Shown piece after piece: positions 62,800 through 64,000 of a DNA stretch of 64,000 nucleotides (positions are counted from its first letter, which is position 1; each line of letters opens with the position of its first letter). This DNA comes from Octopus sinensis (lineage: Eukaryota): contig NC_043004.1 in the NCBI RefSeq assembly GCF_006345805.1, positions 77,810,001 to 77,874,000 on the forward strand, given 5' to 3'. A program made the translations under genes and the position numbers. The notes under the pieces were generated by a model. It did not search any database. It worked only from the letters and a program-made list of their open reading frames with translations, and was not told the DNA's origin.

Positions 62800-63150
62800 C
62801 TTATTATTGATGATAATTAATTCGTTTATTGGCCACAAGGGCTTACATAAAATTACATTAAAACACATAAAAGATAAAAGTAGGACGATACAATGGGTTT
62901 TACGTGTAAATAATATAATAACAATTAAAACTAAACAATTTAAAACTCCCAATAGGGGAGGCACATTAAGGACCCCGTGAAAAAACCCACAAAAGTCACA
63001 GGTGCCTGAACAACAGGGCAAGAGCCCTTCTCCTTTTGTTTACAGGTGCATGCTCAGAATTGGTCCTTTCACACTGGGCATTCTTCCAACATTCATCCAC
63101 CTTTCAATAAGGTTTCCCCTTTTCCACTCTTATTGCCTTCCCCTCCTGGC
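62800..63150 (-). mobile_element. 3' end and 3' UTR of an L1/Tx1-type LINE
   Basis: Minus frame ...AIRVE... then ERWMNVGRMPSVKGPILSMHL*, then a T-rich 3' UTR ending GCCCTTGTGGCCAATAAACGAA. The clade call is from recalled similarity. Confidence 0.65.
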
Positions 63151-63752
63151 CATAAGGGAGCAGTTTGCGTATTGTATTCTTTTGCAATAAGTTTCACTTG
63201 AGAAGGAAGATGAGGGTGGAGAGGGAAGTTTCAAAATTTTCCACAACAATTTTGGGGGAGGGGATAAGTCAATTACATCGACCCCAGTATTTCACTGGTA
63301 CTTAATTAATCAACCCCAAAAGGATGAAAGGCAAAGTCAACCTTGGTGGGATTTGAACTCAGAATGTAAAAGATAAATGAAATGCCACTTAGCATTTTGT
63401 CCAGCATGCTAAGGATTCTGCCAGCTTGTCACCTTTATGATGATGATGGTGATGATGATGATATTATTATTCCGTCAATGCATTAATAAAGTAATCTTGG
63501 AATGGTATAAAAGAACAAAAAGTAGTTGAAGAATGAGATGTTTCCATGTTGGTTTGGCCATTGTTTCCAATGACAACAGTCAGTGCTCTCTTTTTCTTTT
63601 TTTTACTTTGTTTTTGTTTTTGGATATTTTTTTTTCTATTCAGGATTTGTGTAATTGTTAAAGAGAAATGAACAGCAGACTCTCCACAAGGACCACCACC
63701 ACCACCATCACCAGGTTAAACTGTAGTGATGATAGCCATTTCCAGACATCTC

Positions 63753-63818
<66 letters not shown>

Positions 63819-64000
63819 GAGAAGGATGTGTAGAACCATTCATCCATCCATCCTTCAAGTCATGCATGAATACAGACAGAAATTACATACATATCTCACC
63901 TTACATAGGTACACACACACACACACACACATTTCATGACATACACATATATAAACTCTATCTAAAGTTTAAGCCTGTCAGAGAGAAAGAGACAAAGAGA

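Overview
AT-rich, repeat-dense eukaryotic genomic DNA, most likely from an Octopus species (inferred from the tRNA-derived SINE families, not proven). The only protein-coding gene I can support is dystrobrevin on the minus strand. Six phase-consistent GT-AG exons (25238-25323, 20038-20242, 18766-19039, 13451-13504, 12012-12147, 7691-7844; 909 nt, 303 codons) encode the two coiled coils, the [13 protein letters not shown] motif and an acidic Tyr-containing tail. I did not find the upstream DEH...RYAARL exon, implying an intron of more than 38 kb, and the stop-containing exon is unresolved. That large intron holds a 7.4-kb array of a 38-bp minisatellite with nested higher-order repeats, a SINE amplified into a 137-bp tandem array, long foldback elements, RTE- and Tx1-type LINE remnants, mariner- and piggyBac-like MITEs and many SINEs. 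The most novel-looking signal is a SINE subfamily whose 3' tail resembles the 3' end of a Tx1-like LINE in the same window and whose 3' end abuts GGTAT in 4 of 6 copies. Nearly all ORFs in the supplied track are artefacts of microsatellites, SINEs or the 38-bp array. I found no rRNA, true tRNA gene or CRISPR array.
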